A stretch of 64,000 nucleotides of DNA from Nageia nagi (taxonomy: Eukaryota > Plantae > Pinophyta), in contig JBITNC010000001.1 of assembly GCA_050084985.1 (NCBI GenBank), positions 165,788,001 through 165,852,000 of the forward strand, given 5' to 3'. Shown here one piece after another: positions 1 to 13,515 of the stretch. Numbering within the stretch: the first letter of the stretch is position 1; each line of letters starts with the position of its first letter. A program made the translations under genes and the position numbers. The notes below the pieces were generated by a model. It was not told the DNA's origin. It saw only the letters and a program-made list of their open reading frames with translations, and searched no databases.

Positions 1-150
1 GGGTAACCTGTCCAAAACATCATGAATTAGAAGCTCTCAATAGATGTATTACTGTTATGCTTCAACATTGTTCATAATGTTACCACAAAACTAACTTGGA
101 TGCTTCAAACATATGATATGAAATGATCCAAGTCCACCATATGATAGGAA
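1..150 (+). repeat. Dispersed direct repeat, second copy at ~2422-2620
   Basis: TCATGAATTAG...AAGCTCTCAA...GTTATGCTTCAACATT...TAATGTTACCA...AACTTGGATGCT is shared, with substitutions and one indel. Confidence 0.75.
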
Positions 151-319
151 ATTATGGAATTTTAAGAAAATGCATGATGCAAGGCCTAGTAATTATTTGA
201 CAAAATGCATTATGCAAACAAAGTTTCATTATATATAATGATTGTAAGATACAAACACATGATGCAAGGCTTGTGAATTGTTTACAAGATGCATGATGCA
301 AATACAAATTTTTGAATAA

Positions 320-505
320 GCTCAATAAGATTCAAATATGATCCATAATTATGATCAAATGATCAAGAATACCATAATTATGATCAAGGATTATAAAATC
401 ATGCTCAAATAATTAAAATATGCTCTAAAATTTTAATTATTTCTCAAATGATCCAAATTTGCTCTATAGTTTCAATTATTGTTCAAATGATTCAAATATA
501 CTTGA
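320..505. repeat. Degenerate short-period minisatellite (TCAAATGAT / CCATAATTATG motifs)
   Basis: Recurring ATAATTATGATCAA and CTCAAATGATCCAAA-like units at roughly 30-bp spacing. Confidence 0.6.
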
Positions 506-830
506 TAGTATTGCTACCAAAAATATTTCAATTTATAATCACCAAGTAGAGATATCTACACACCCAAGTAGAACTTTTTGAAAAAGTGAAATGGAATATA
601 AAACTTGATAGAAATGAATGCAAAATATGGATGATGTATGATATGCAGATATGGTCTCATGGAATGTAATGGTTGGAGAAAATGCAATTCATGGCTACAA
701 TAGGGATGCCCTAAAACTCTTATATTATGAACCACTTAGGAACCACATATTTTTTATACGTTTGGCTATGTATTAGAAGCATATTTTTTCAACTTAGGTA
801 GACACTTGGAATATTTTCATCATTTTGAGT

Positions 831-1200
831 TTTTGGTTCATATGGTGTATTTAAATCATTTCATATCATATGTTGAACATTTGCTTTCCTTATCCAATCT
901 GGTTTTTGGATCATATGGTGTATTAAATAATTTCATATCACATGTTCAATAATTACTTTCCTTCTTCAAACTAGTTTTTGAATCATATGGTGTATTTAAA
1001 TAATTTCAAATCACATTATATAATGAAAAAAAAAAACTTAAAAAGGCGCATGTGGAAAGCTTAGATGAGCACTTGAAATATTTTTTTATTTCAAGTTTTT
1101 CATGCTAAGGGGTTGAAGATGAGAGGGGCATTTGGTTTATTTAAATAATTTCATATTGAATCATATGGTGTATTTAAATCATTTTATATAACATGTCATA
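831..1200 (+). repeat. About 72-bp tandem repeat (3 copies plus a displaced fourth)
   Basis: TCATATGGTGTATTTAAAT(C/A)ATTT units start near 831, 903, 974 and 1158. An inverted partial copy lies at ~1693-1718. Confidence 0.8.
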
Positions 1201-4200
1201 ATTTATTTGAAAAAAAGTTTTGATATATGCCATGCAATGAAGGAGCCCATAACAAATTCCATTATTTTTATCTAACACATCCATACATCCAATTCAAGGT
1301 TTATGGGTATTTTGACACTTAGGGGCAATTTGTGCTTTGAATTTTTTGTGTTCTTTTAGAAAGCCCATGAATCTTGCAATCATTATAGACCATGAAACTA
1401 TGTTTGTATCATGCATATTATGGTTGTGAATGCCCTAATAGACATGCATGCAATATATGAAATAATACATAAGGTTCAAGAATTATTTCATATGTCTATG
1501 GGTTTTAATTTTTAGAACACCTATTTTGTGTGTATCATGCAATCATTGCAGAAGGTGAAGTTCAAATCTCCCTCAAGATAGATTGCATGAACAATAAGGT
1601 TAATAATGCATGTATAATGATTAATCCCACAATTATATGCCCAAAATGAAATGCTATAGATACTTTTAAATAGATGCAATTGTCAAGTGTAAAACTAGAT
1701 TGGATAAGGAAAGCAAAAAACTACATAAGTTCTAGATATAATCTCATGGAATGCAATGATTGGAGGATATGCACTTTATAGGTAAAACAAATATGCCCTT
1801 AAACTCTTCCATATGAATACTGATTATTATCATATTACACCCATAATGAAACACTATAATTCAATAAAGTATCAAAACCAGTCCAAAAGTGGTAAGTAAA
1901 AAATAAATGCTTATAATACTTAGCAATTGTTCAACCCAAAAACTTAAATACTATGTTGCTTAACTCCATAATAAGCAAAACAAGAAATTTAAATGCTATA
2001 TTGCTTATCTAAGTATACCATATGATATGAAATGAAACAAGTCCACTATATATAATGTTCAAACCTTCCTTAAGATAGCCTACATGGCTAAGAAGGTCAA
2101 GAATGCATGTATAATGATTCATTGAGCACTTGGAAAGTTATCAAACATTTCAACTTATGATAAATAACATACTTGTTACTCTCTTTACACTTGCAAATTA
2201 TAAATAATAATGACATGATTATAAGCATTTACATATTACTAGCATTTACATGATTATAAGCATTTACATGATTATAAGCATTGACTTATGAAAAACCATT
2301 ATGATAAGTATGCTATTGATATTTATTGACAATTCTATCTACATTATCATATATGATATTGTATGTTGTTTACCTCCACAATAAGCATAACAAGATATAA
2401 ATGTTGGATGTATTTACTACTGGATAACCTTTACAAAATATCATGAATTAGAGAAGTCAAGGCTATCTACATTTATAAGCTCTCAAAATATATATCACCG
2501 TTATGCTTCAACATTATTGATAATGTTACCATATAACCAACTTGGATGCTGAAAACTATAGATTAAAATAGTAGAGATTGTAATATGATGAGGTAAATGC
2601 AACTATACTATATGACATGAAATGATTTTTCCCTATAAACATATGCATAGATGAAGCAAAATACTTTATACCATGTTTACTATATGATTCTTAAGATATT
2701 GTATAAAATCCACAACATTCAATTATAATCCATGTCTCCTTTCATCTCACCTCTTCTCCTCTATTCTCACCATGTCTCCTCACATTTGGTATTGTCTTAT
2801 TTATCTGGTCTTGCCAATACACCAAATGGCCCTCTCTTCTTGAACAATGATAATAAGATATGCACAAATAATATATAAAATTGCATCAAGTGCATTATAT
2901 GTATAATATGAAATAATATAGAATTATGTTAAGTTCACTATATGTATGATATGAAATAATCTAAATGCATCTCAAAACATGATCTTACATTTTAAGACCA
3001 AGTCTTGAGTTTTAACTCCAATACCAAAAATACATAAGAAATGAGCGTAATTTTTTTTTAAATATTTCACATACACAATGACATCCAATATTGAAGGTTC
3101 TAAAGCTACTTGTAAACTATGAGATTGAGATCACTTAATGGTTCCAAGTGTCATCATTCTTGAATCATGATCTCTTCATTAGGAGATAATACCATTTCTT
3201 AATATTTAAGCTTCCTATTAAATATCCATATGGCTTGTCTAAAATGATTGTATTAGGATATAATATCCCATCTTCCTTGTAATACTTTCTTGAACATTCT
3301 ACCATCAGATGGTATCTTGACCATTCTAACTTTTAGATGGTATCTTAACCTAATCAGATCAAATCCATCATCAAGTCAAGTATTAGAAATTTAATTACTT
3401 TAAGGTCCCCCATGACCCACTTTGAGACTCATTCTCATATGAAGTCATGTGTTTAAGATTTCTTGAATTATCCTTCCCAATATTTCCTTATCTTTACAAT
3501 AACTCCGTGAATTATCCTACCCAGTAATCCCTTATTCCCATAAATAAGTACTCAAGTCTTACCTAAGCTTCCAACTAGGTTTCATTCCATTTCTAGGGTC
3601 TAATGTGTACTAGGTAGTATAGTTTTTAGGACTCACACCTTGTTTCATTTTTGATCATTTCAACATAATACCTTTATTAGGAAAGTTAATACATCAACTA
3701 GGTTATTCTTTCTCATCCATATAATAACATATTCATAATAAAATATTTACTATTCATTTCTTTGAACTGATTATCATTTCTAACCAAGCAATAATGTTTA
3801 TCTTATAATAATGAACATAATCAAAGTATCATCATAAACCATGACAATAAATGTAAGTATCTATCTTCTAATTCTACATTGAATAGTTTATTGTATCATC
3901 ACATAACATCATTATACTATTCGATCTCAAGCATAGATACACTTTGAAATAAATCATACTCTAACAACCTTTAGAATATTAAAACAATATGAAATATAAA
4001 CCTTTCATATTTAACTCATCAAAATATGATGATAGAATAATAACATTTATCTATAATTATAAATCATCAAACATGTTTGTACACTTGTAATTGTTGTATC
4101 TCACATTTTGAATAGGAATAACATACTACAAGAGTCAAGTACATGTTTGCATTCAATACAAGATGTAATTCATATTCATAACATTTCATGTATCAAATTC

Positions 4201-6496
4201 ATATCCATAAGTAAGCATGTTTTGGTATTGAGGTGTCTTCAAGTCCTCTCATAAATCTTTCCATCGTCTCATATCTCAAACCAATAATTGGACTATGGTA
4301 TCTCATGGGTGTGCTTGAATCATAACAAATTTCATTTTCTAATGCATTCTACTTATGCATACATAAGAAAAGATGTTAAAACCCAACATATTCAAACACA
4401 TATAGGTTACCTAGAATCAAGCATAAGAAAAGAACACAATCACTCACATGAATTTCACATAACTCTCTTCCACAACTATAATGATTTCGCATCCTAAATA
4501 AAATACTAACATATATTATGTCCTTATTCTTTCATTTATTTAGAAAATCTAAATAAAATTCCTTAAAGGATAAATTTAGTAATTCAAAAGATCCTAGATT
4601 TGAATCCCACTCATTAAAATATAGATTTAATTAAAATAGAGCATTCCTAATTCATCTCATGAACTCATATGCTTTTATCTTTTTCTTACAAGGGTTCTAG
4701 GTAAGAGAGAAAGAGGGGAAAATGAAGGTGGTAGGGTGGTGGAATAAGCTCATAGGAGAAGTGGAGTATTTCATGATGATAGCAATAAGAGTGAATATGA
4801 AGTGGAGGATGAAGGTATAATGGAGTCTATGGCGACCAAGATTGATGACCAATGGGGTCAAAAGAGAAAAAAGATGAATATCTCTTTGTCAAAATCTTAG
4901 GTCCCAATTAGAGAATCATATAGGGGTGAGCCAAGGAAAAAGACATATGATTTAAGAAGAGCCAATCAGAGTGTTGGGGAGAGGCAAAGACCCAATAAGA
5001 CTTACAAGAAAAAGGTATTACCTTAGACTGCAATGAATTTACTTAGAATTACCAAGAAGATAATGGAAAATCTGATCAATACAGTTGAGAGGAAAGAAAA
5101 TGGAAGTAGCATATAGAGTCAAGGAAAAGTGAAGCTAAAGCTAGTAAATATGGTGAGTATACTAATGATGAGAAGCATAAATGTTAAAGCCATCCTAATT
5201 ATGATTTCAAGGAATAAGATGATACCCAACAAGATTCTATTCAAGGTAATCAAATGGAATGGAGGTCTAAGCCCATTATTTGAAATGTTCCTACAAGATG
5301 TCCCTTTAATGATAAAGATTCTAGGTGAGACCTATGTTGAGTTATATAAGCATTTGGCATTTGAGGATGAATATTTGATAATTTTGTGAAGCTGAGCCAA
5401 TGCTCTTTAATTATGAGTCAAAATTTTTTATTCCAAGAGATTATGGATGTTTGAAGATGCTTTATTGGTTCCTTTTTGAACTAAAGATGCATATTAATAT
5501 AGAATTAGTTCTTTGGGATATCCATGGATAGCAATGTTAACTCTATATCGAATTATTTTGTATGGGAGAATAGAGATTTTTGATCCAATCTTAGTTTCAC
5601 TACTGGGTTGCTTCACTCTTACTATTCATGTAGTGATTTTTTAGAGCTTGTAAGTGGTTAGAATATTTTATTCTTGATGTACATTCAAAATACTATAAAG
5701 GTTAGTGGGACCCTTTAAAAACCACACTTTTTTAATAATATAATTTACTATTAATAAAAAAACATCAAGATAATAATGATATTCATGTAACATTAATCTA
5801 GATTACTTTTTTATAATAACTTCTAGATCATATAATACAAACCCAAAAGACTTCATGTATATCTTAGTTCCTATACATCATTTAGTTTTATCCATGTTCT
5901 AGGATTATGCCTAAAAAATAATCAAGTTTTGTTTGATAATCCTTTTTAATACTTATTCACAATTTCATCTAGGTTTCAATCTACTTGATTAAACCTATCA
6001 TTTCCTTTTTGTTATGTTAAGAAGTAATATCTAAATTAATTTTAATTAATTCATTTCTCATCATAAATTTCTTTTCTATCTCCTTTATAAAGAAAGCTTT
6101 TCATAATAAAATATTTTCTTATTTCATTCACAATGAGATATCTAACTTTATTCTTATTTCTTCTTTAAAGAAACATCCAATTTAACTTTATATTTCTTTC
6201 CTAAGAAATATATTCACATATTATAAATTTAATTCTTTCTTGAATTATTTTTATAAAAATATTTTTCTATTTACTTATCATAATAATAAGTAAATATCAA
6301 TCAAAGAAAATTATTCACTTAATAATTTCTCAAAAACTATTTCCCTATTTATTTAACATAAATGTTAAATAAATATTATTCAAGAGAAGATTATTTAGAT
6401 AATAATTCTTCATCATTTTAATTATTATTTTTATTTTGAATTTATTTCCAAAGGAACCAAATAAGAATGACATTCTCCTTATTTTTTTTTGCATTC

Positions 6497-6885
6497 AACA
6501 ATTTATCATAGATCTATCAACTATTATCATAGATCTATCTCATATCCATAATTTATCATATATCTATCATCTATTATCATATATATTTCTCATATGAACA
6601 ATTTATCATAGATTTTCCATCTATCATTATAGAGCTATCTTATATTAACTATATATCATATATCTATCAGCTATTATCCTAGATATATCCCATATCAATA
6701 ATTTATCATAGATTTTCCATATATTATCATAGATCTATCTCATATCAATAATATATCATAGATCTATCAAATATTATAATAGATCTATCTCATATTAATC
6801 CTTCAATTATTATAATAGATCTATCAATTATTATCATATATCAATATCATAGTAATAATTTATCATAGATTTATCAACTATTATT
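6497..6885. repeat. 50-bp minisatellite built from two ATCATAGATCTATC-core subunits (~21+29 bp)
   Basis: AT(T/A)TATCATA recurs at 6501, 6551, 6601, 6651, 6701 and 6751. Confidence 0.9.
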
Positions 6886-7196
6886 ATTGATAAACTAGAA
6901 TATTAAAGGATAGATCCAATCTCTTGATATCTTACAATTGAAGAAAAATTTGATCCTCCTTTATAATGTGTTAAATCTTGAGAAATCTTATAAAATAAAT
7001 GACATTTTGCATGAGCTCTCATTTGTTACCAAGTTAAACAATACTCTGAAGAATATCAAACCCTTGCTTGTATAAAATCCTTCACAAACTCAAGCATTGT
7101 ATAGATTCTAATTTGGTAGCATAACTTTACAATTCTAGCCAAAGATTATTTTAGACTTCCCTAAGCCTTAATTAATTTATAGAATTTTTGATTCTT

Positions 7197-7325
7197 AGAT
7201 AGGTGGCATCTAGAGACACCATAAGTATGAAGATATAGGACAACCACCTATTAGAGAGATCCAATAGGGATATCAACCTCCAACTCCTCCATTTATAACC
7301 TACAAGGACATAGAAAGGAGTAAAA
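7197..7325 (-). mobile_element. LTR fragment of the same Tat-like family as the 12782, 20184 and 21830 LTRs
   Basis: GATAGGTGGCATC-AGAGACAC...ACCACCTATTAGAGAGATC...TCAACCTCC...TTTATAACCT matches 13169-13270, 20575-20675 and 22820-22930. Confidence 0.65.
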
Positions 7326-10300
7326 GGCCATTTGATTCATTCACTTATATATAAAATCTAGTAGAAATTTATTCTTCAATAGAAGATTCAATCCATTAAT
7401 GAGTTATTATTAAAAGGAAAGGGCTAATGGTTTGTAAGTTTCTAAAGGGAGGGCCTTTCCTTCTATTATTTACCAGTTGTGTTGTTAGATCTAGGAAAAT
7501 AACTAACTATATGTAGTAGTAACTCCTTTTCTCTACTACATTTAAAATAAATTGGGCATGAATACAATACTAATATTTGAATCACCATTCATTTTTACCA
7601 ACAATTTTAAGTAGAAAATAATTTTTTCATATTGGGAATGAATAAGACTAAAAACTATTTGTTTATTGAATGAAGTTAAGCTTGGGTCCACCTTAATTAA
7701 TAATAATAGAGGGTGAACTAACTTACTAAATATGTATATTATCAATTGCTTACATCAATTTAAAAAATAATTGAGGGGTATATAATATTATTCAATTATA
7801 TATTTTTATCCCAACTAATGAAAATGATGGTAAAGTATTAATTTGTTTCCTCTACAATTTTTTAGTATGATCATGAAGCATACTATTAAAGGAACCCCCT
7901 CACAATTTCTAATAGTTAAACTTTTAAAATCTCTTCCATCCACCTGGCAATTATGGATAGATAGTTAGACTATAACCAAACCATAGCTAAGCCAAAGCCT
8001 CAATACAATTTCTTTAGATCAATTAGAGTGACTTGAACTTAAGAATTATTTCCTATACTTTATATACACAATTCAAGCATAATTTAGAATAATAAAACAA
8101 TAAATACCAATCAATTTATCATATTGTAATCTTATTTGGTATCCTATTATTCTTATTATTTAAGTGTGGTGTAATATTCTTTAATAATAGAAAATATGAT
8201 GTTCACACATATTTCTTACCTCTCTCATGAGCTACTTAATACCTAGATGCCCATTTTTTTCCTATGGGAAAATATGTGATGGATTTTTATAATTTCCAAT
8301 GCTCATGAGGTTAGCTAAAGGAAAAATGAATGGGTTACCACTACATAATTGTTTTATTAAAGTAGGCATTCAATAGTTTTTCTAAATCAAAATCTTTGCC
8401 ATCAATAATTATAACTCTTTTTAATAATAAGGTATTCAAACCCGTTAACAATCATGTTGGGAAATAAATAATCCAATTTTCTCATTTCCACCTTTTTTTT
8501 AATTAGAGAGAAAAGAAGCTAAGATTTTGAAACTCAAATAATAATAATTGGGTTGTAAATGATTATTAACAAAACTGCATCTAGGCATGAATTATATCAC
8601 ATGGGTAAATCCTATTTCCACACCATACCTTCCTTTATTTCTTATATCATTTACCCACTATTGATATGAGTTATAACTATTTTGTAACTCTTGTTACAAT
8701 AAACTTGCCTAGTCAATACAAATAAGAAAAAGCTTTCTAGTTAGCAATATAATGAATAAGCTAGGAAGAATTCTATCCCTCATCTTCTATATCTTCAATT
8801 TTATTTTATATTCACTTCCTATCTAGTTCAAGTTTAACTTGATATAAAGTAGAGGTTACTATTGGGTTGGTTGATCTTCAAATTTGGATGGAAATTGCAA
8901 CCTTGGTTGGGAGTGAGTTGCTAAACCCAAAGCTTGATTAAAACCCCATTTTAGGTTTTTCAATCTTGGAATCTCTTATCTATTTACCCTTATAAAGTTA
9001 ACTATCACATGGATGTGATAAAATCAAGCTATCTCTACCATAAAAGGTACTAATGAACCTCCAATCCTACTTATATATTTATGGACCTTGTGTGTTATGT
9101 ATAATGTCTTGATAAATGTATACTTTTATTTTTCTTATATTTCTTATATATATATATATTTCTTGAAGACAAAATTATATAAATAAGCATGTAAAATAAT
9201 AAGTAATGTTTTTAATATAGCCAATTATAAACATAATTGATAAGTGAAAAATGGAATATAAGGATTAAGTATTACTAATATGATAAACATGACTAACAAA
9301 TAATGATAATTCATGATGCGTAATGATAATCATAAAATATAATGATCAATATCAATGGTAATAAATGATACAAAGGTAATAATAAGTAAAATATATATAA
9401 TGATAAGTTGTGAGAGGAAATAAAGTGATATGATATGGGAGGCAATAAAGTAATAAGCCATAAGAGCTAGACAATGATAAAAATAGTTAGCTTACTCTAA
9501 TTATGATTAATGAAGCTTGATAAAGCATGGAATTTAGAAGATTAATGAGAGCTAGGGAATGAGACAAAGTATTGAATCTTCCAATTGCAATAATTATATT
9601 AATAGTTTATGATAAATGATATCTATCTAATTGAGATTACTTGAACTATCATCAAACCTAGAAATATCTCTATGTAAAGAACAATATGAAATTTTTTAAG
9701 AATATTGTAACATTTTTTATTTTTTATTTTTAGTTCACACTTATGTGAGATGTGTTTTTCTATTCATAGTACTATAAGAAATGTTACAATATTAAAGTAA
9801 TAGCATTGAAATAGTTTTTAAAATTTTTATTTTTACTTCTTGAATTTGATTAGTTATAATGTATTATTTTCTTTTAGCCTTATGTTTTTATTCTAATTGT
9901 GATCTAAAATATTTTTCTTTCAACCAAGAGTTTTAATTATGTTTATTTTTTATCAATAATCTCATATTTATGTAATGTGATTTTTTTTAATCTTGATTGT
10001 AATTATGTTTTTCCTCTAAGTAAACTTAAAACGTTAATGAATTGTTGATGGGACTATATTCATTAGTATAACCAAGATCATCCTAAGAGTTTATTACATT
10101 ATAAAATCCTGACCATATGGAAAGATGAATGGACACTCTTAGGTCTTGTAAATATTTTGAATGTTATCATACTTAAAAAGTTATGATAAATTTTATTTAA
10201 ACCCTTGATTTTTTACGTAGTCTTTTATAATATAACTAAGGCAAAAGAAGAGATTTATGTTATACATATTGTATCTAGATCCATTATTAATAAATGAATA

Positions 10301-11499
10301 TGTATATACTTCTAAGAAGAGTGGAGGTATGTTAATTCACTAAGGATCTCATGCTCATGAAATATAATATATTTGTATCTTGGGTAAGAAGTTGATCCCT
10401 TATCAATGCATCATTAATTGCCTCATAATTTTTATTATACTTGACTTTGTATTTTGGAAAAAGGTTCTTAAACATTCAAAGGTTTTGATTTACTATTTCT
10501 AAATATGAGGATGAATTCTTATTATTATTTTCACTATCAAATATGATGATTTCTTCTTAGTGAGGTCTTCAATTCTTAAATGTACATATATCTAAATGCC
10601 ATGTCATTTAATTCTACACAATTCATAAAATTCATTGTCCCTATATCAACATGGAGTATGTATTTAAAGTTAAACAAGTTTAATTTTAGGAAAATTAATA
10701 AATTTTTCATTCATTAATTGATCTATGATACCTTCAATTTTATCATAAATATTTATGAATATTATTTTCTCTTTATAATTATTTGTAAGGATTATTCCCT
10801 TTTTGTATTGAAAAACCATGTTGGATAGCATGTTAGTATAACTCATAAGTTTCTTAACACTATTCTCATTAGGTTTGTAATTTAAATATCCTATTTTTGC
10901 TAAGATATTTTATTGATATTAAACTTCATGATGCTTTTCAACAAAATAATTTTGAGAGTAAAAATTAAGAAAATATTTCATGAATGTCTAAATCAGTATA
11001 ATAATATTAAATGAGAAAAATATTAAATGAAGTAATATAAATAATGGAAAAGAAATGGAGCTAGGTTTGCTGCGAGCTAGGTTATTCTACATATGTTATT
11101 TGGATTAGTTGTGATGTAAGGATGCTTCATATTAGTTGTGACCTAGGATTTGGGATAAGGTATGATACAAAGAAGATTCAAGTTAACTACGAGCTAGATG
11201 ATAAGATAGGGTTTGTTACAAAGGTACCTTATTTTGGATAAGCAATTCATATTCATATTTTAGAGATTATTATTAAAGTAATTGAATCATTTGTACCCTC
11301 CATGCTTGTTTTATTGATCTATTTTTTAGATTGAGGCCTTATGCAGAAGCTTAATATAGTATAAGGGAAACCCCTTATATTGTAGCAAATAGGGAAAAGA
11401 TGGATAGAACATATCTCAAATTTAATATCATAGTAATGATTGAAAAAATAATTATGGAATAAGGAATTTCTAGAATCTAAATCCCAAAGTAACTTTCAT

Positions 11500-12000
11500 A
11501 ACATATTATTACTATGCGAGAACTATTATTAATAGAAACTTTTTGGGGATACAACTTAACATGGATGTCATTCAAAGATAGATGAGGATAAAATGGATTA
11601 TAAAATTACTTTTGATATTATCTCTTTTGACTGTAATTTTTAATATCAAGGAAGATATATTATAAGTACTAGAAAATGGACCTTGGTGGTTCAATTAGAA
11701 TGGACTATACTTGAAAATATAGTATAAGGTCTTAAGATAAGTAAATGAAGTTTCCAATATTATACTAGTTTGGGTAGAATTACCTAATATACTTGTAGAT
11801 TTCTAATCTAAGTCATTGTAAGTTATTTCTAATACTATCAAAATATTGATTTAAATTAATTCTACTATTAAATATCTCAAACTAGAATACTATTAGTCAA
11901 ATTCTATGTTAATATTGATGTAACAAAGCTACTCCTTAATAAAATGTATCTAATGAATGAATATGGGGAATATATTTTTAAGCACTGGAAATGATACTTC
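11500..12000 (+). mobile_element. L1-type LINE ORF1 remnant (DUF4283-like)
   Basis: Translates with stops to F--KED---VLENGPWWFN--GLYLK, VWVELPNILVDF and FYVNIDVTKLL, which are canonical plant L1 ORF1 motifs. Confidence 0.75.
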
Positions 12001-12781
12001 TTTTGTATTATCCCTCAACAACAAGCTTATATTCCATTAAAATGTGTATCAATGGGTTACAATAGTGGATTTAATGGCCAATACAAAATGACATGGTATA
12101 GCCATCAAACATGAGACAAAGAGGTTGCAATACAAGATTATGAAATTGCTCAAGAAAAGTGGATTTATGACCACTTTAAACCTATAATAAACTATCTATA
12201 AGCTAGCCATAAGAATGTGAGATACACTACTTGGACCTACCATAAGGGGTGAAGTTCAACCTAGATATAGTATGATAACTAAGTTCACATTCTTGTAAGG
12301 TTTTACCTATTCAATAGAATAATAGTAAATAAAGGTTATATATACACTAAAGAATAAAATTAGAAATAATGGAAGTACAAAATGTGGAATGATCTTGAGG
12401 GAATGATATTGACAACAAAATCAACCCCTAAGGAGCAGTTTTTATTATGCTAAAATTTTCTCAAATCTTCTTTCATGGGTGGTATTGAAACATTCCTATA
12501 TGGTTTTTGTTGAAGATGATGGGATTTCTAACTTATACTTTGGAAACTATTAGAAAAAAATAAATATTCCTATGCATGTACATTTCTACACTAACTCCCA
12601 TGTTTGTAAACCATAAAAAGCTATGCTATGGGATTGAATGGGATATTTATAGAACTTTCCAAGGTGTTGGGTTAGTGTAACTAGTGGGAGGTTAGAATTC
12701 TAACTAGTGTTTGGAGGGGTAAGTTAGAAGTAATCTTAATTTAATAACAAATCTATTTTGATTATGTTGGGAAGAGGTTTG

Positions 12782-13501
12782 TGTAGATCCAAAAATATGT
12801 AAATACATAAATAAATTAATTTGGTCTATAAATACAATGAATAACAGTTCTATATTAGATTATAAGAAATATACATGAAACATATAAACCTGATATAGAG
12901 TGGGGCTTGTATCCAATTTGTGTATAATCCTCAAAAATAAATAAAAATGAATCTCTAGAGGATTGTGATCGAACTTAAGATGAGATATTAATAGAAGTTC
13001 TCTATGATGGATTCATGAATCGTTCCCCAAAATTTGAACCTCTCAATCATGAAGGTTCACATCATTGGTTGCATGGATTTTGTATGCCATTGATGGTGTA
13101 GGAGTGGCAATTTCATATGGTATGCAAGAAAGAGATAACAAAGCTCAAAGAGTTAACAAGTTATCAAAGATAGGTGGCATCAAGAGACACTATTGGTACA
13201 TGTTTGGGAAAATCACCTATCAAAGAGATCTGATAGGGATGTCAACCTTCACCTCCTATATTTTATAACTTGGAAGGAAATAATAAGGGGTAAGCCCAAC
13301 ATATAGCAATAACAATGATCATTTCAATATTCAAGATAACTTAAAATATAAACCTTGGTATATGATATTACATTGGCTCTAGCACATGGTATTGCAATAT
13401 AATAGCATTTTATCTTGATTTATATATTATTTTATTTTAATAATTTAATGTGCTAAAAATGATTTATTAAATAAATAATAAATCATTTTTAGGCATCTAC
13501 A
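12782..13501 (-). repeat. 3' LTR of the 12782-20904 element
   Basis: TGTAGA...TCTACA termini; direct repeat of 20184-20904. Confidence 0.93.
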
Positions 13502-13515
13502 TTTTTCCCCTCTTT
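13502..13515 (-). promoter_or_regulatory. Polypurine tract (PPT)
   Basis: Minus strand AAAGAGGGGAAAAA abuts the LTR. Confidence 0.85.

Larger units (their letters stand above)
165..2120. pseudogene. Mosaic of degenerate PLS-class pentatricopeptide repeat (PPR) gene fragments in both orientations
   Basis: + strand: LFDKMH-A at ~205-230, DMVSWNVMVGENAIHGYNRDALKL at ~648-720, ISWNAMIGGYALYR*NKYALKL at 1741-1806. - strand: NHYTCIINLIVHAIYLEGDLNF at ~1555-1622 and a second copy at ~2055-2120 (consensus DHY-CIVDLLGRAG-LEEA). No continuous ORF. Confidence 0.8.

Noticed and set aside
2980-5700. Possible chromovirus-type LTR/gag remnants (PBS-like AACTCCAATACCA at ~3014; purine-rich gag-like stretch at 4700-5400)
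   Set aside because: Too degenerate to assign boundaries or domains by eye.
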